A stretch of 64,000 bases of DNA from Spongospora subterranea f. sp. subterranea (taxonomy: Eukaryota): contig JAUGWO010000059.1 in the NCBI GenBank assembly GCA_049724395.1, forward strand, positions 1 through 64,000. Reading direction: 5' to 3'. Positions 63,001 through 64,000 of the stretch are shown here, one piece after another (position 1 is the stretch's first letter; every line of letters starts with the position of its first letter). The position numbers and the translations under genes were made by a program. Under the pieces are notes generated by a model. The model saw only the letters and a list, made by a program, of their open reading frames with translations. It did not search any database and was not told the DNA's origin.

Positions 63001-64000
63001 AGCGTTGATGCTGTTTCGTTGGGGCAAAAGGTTCATGCAATTTTCGGATTCTGTGATATTCGGAATTTCACCGTAAGTGACAAAAAAAACGATCGCTGTC
63101 GAAGTGACAAACAAATCTGAGTTGTTTTCTATAGGATATCTGCGAGTGTTTACAACAGGATGTAATGAAGTTTACCAACCAGATTGCACGCATTGTTCAC
63201 GGAGACGTTCAATTCTATGGCGGGCATTGCAACAAAAAGTCAGCTTTTCCTTTGTGGTGCTTCTTCGAGCATTAGGGGCGTTGCTGACTAGTGTTGCTTC
63301 TTAGCATAGGCGATGCATTTTTGCTTGTCTGGAGGCTACCGGACCTTGGATCTAAAGACAATGTGAATCAATCCTTTTGGAACAGCTATTCTTGAAATCT
63401 GATTATGTCTACAGGGACCACAACTGGAATTTAATCTGAAATCTCTAAATATGCTTGGCTGGGAACAGCTAGCGGATAATGCGCTAATATCTTTCATCAA
63501 AATCATCGCGGATATTAACAGGTTTCTACTCACCGGTTTTTAAGAAAGGCAACTTGACAGCGTGTTCTGAATAATGTTATGCATCAGAAGCGCCGAATTA
63601 ATCGCGTATAGAAATCACCCCGCCATAAAGGAAAGGTTTGGCAATGATTTTCAAGTTAGCATGGGGTTCGGTCTTCATGTGGGTTGGGCTATTGAAGGTA
63701 AACCAATCTTCTAGCATCGCATCAACCTTGCAAAATTTTTATTCAGCTTGGCTTAATGCATTTTCAACAAATGTCCATTAGGTGCAATTGGAAGCCGGTT
63801 CAAAATCGACGCATCATATTTGTCCCCAAATGTGAACTTGACCGCACGTCTGGAAAGCGCCACTAAACAGTTCGGGGTACCGATACTACTCTCCGAGCCC
63901 TTTGTGCAGCTTCTTAGTCAAACAGCTCAACTCAAAATCAGGAAGATAGACAATGTAATTTTCAAAGGTACAAGCGTAATTGAACCGAATTGTAATCACT
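60045..64000 (+). CDS. Class III adenylyl cyclase with N-terminal ion-channel/voltage-sensor-like TM domain (ciliate/apicomplexan ACalpha type); runs off the window
   Basis: FVLFGDDIRL, FIFSFYFWIDTLSALS, RAARAAKMGGR (S4-like); LLALGFGEAGREVI, AIFGFCDIRNFT, NKNIGDAFLLVW, MGFGLHVGWAIEGAIGSRFKIDASYLSPNVNLTARLESATKQFG; many short introns. Confidence 0.93.
60475..60710. repeat. Degenerate ~80-bp tandem repeat (about 3 copies) in a cyclase intron
   Basis: TTCATATGTGT and ACTGCGATA each recur three times; CACGATACCTACTGCGATA at ~60530 and ~60690. Confidence 0.6.

Noticed and set aside
40727..64000. Functional signalling gene cluster (sensor, RhoGEF, ARF, PTC7, cyclase)
   Set aside because: Mixed orientations, no shared regulatory motif seen, and such genes are common in protist genomes, so adjacency alone is not evidence
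1..64000. tRNA, rRNA or snoRNA genes
   Set aside because: None recognised by eye; tRNAscan-SE and Infernal/Rfam would be needed to exclude them

Overview
Eukaryotic, intron-rich genomic DNA with many short (~45-60 nt) GT-AG introns. The gene and transposon repertoire suggests a flagellated protist, plausibly a plasmodiophorid/phytomyxid; this is inference, not proof. The window has two compartments. (1) ~1-26,300 is a dense stack of mostly broken transposons: hAT-like remnant, MULE, pogo/Tigger with an N-terminal PHD-like finger, Crypton fragment, Ty3/gypsy chromovirus, LINE fragment, a complete-ended DD39D mariner, and an IS3EU-like transposase beside an alpha-kinase pseudogene. It also holds two minisatellite arrays (62 bp and 39 bp units), an intronless 7TM GPCR-like gene and a small orphan gene. 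(2) ~26,500-64,000 is gene-rich: cytochrome P450, a large coiled-coil/EF-hand-like gene, SOF1/DCAF13, a C2H2 zinc finger, a multi-exon four-TM tandem extracellular-sensor protein with no output domain, a DH-PH-PH-PH RhoGEF, an ARF GTPase, PTC7 phosphatase and an ion-channel-type adenylyl cyclase running off the window end. The best candidates for new biology are the tandem sensor protein (recalled resemblance to cyanobacterial chemoreceptor ectodomains), the IS3EU-like transposase/alpha-kinase pair and the PHD-fused pogo transposase. All gene models and family calls were made by eye without database searches; exon boundaries are approximate unless stated.
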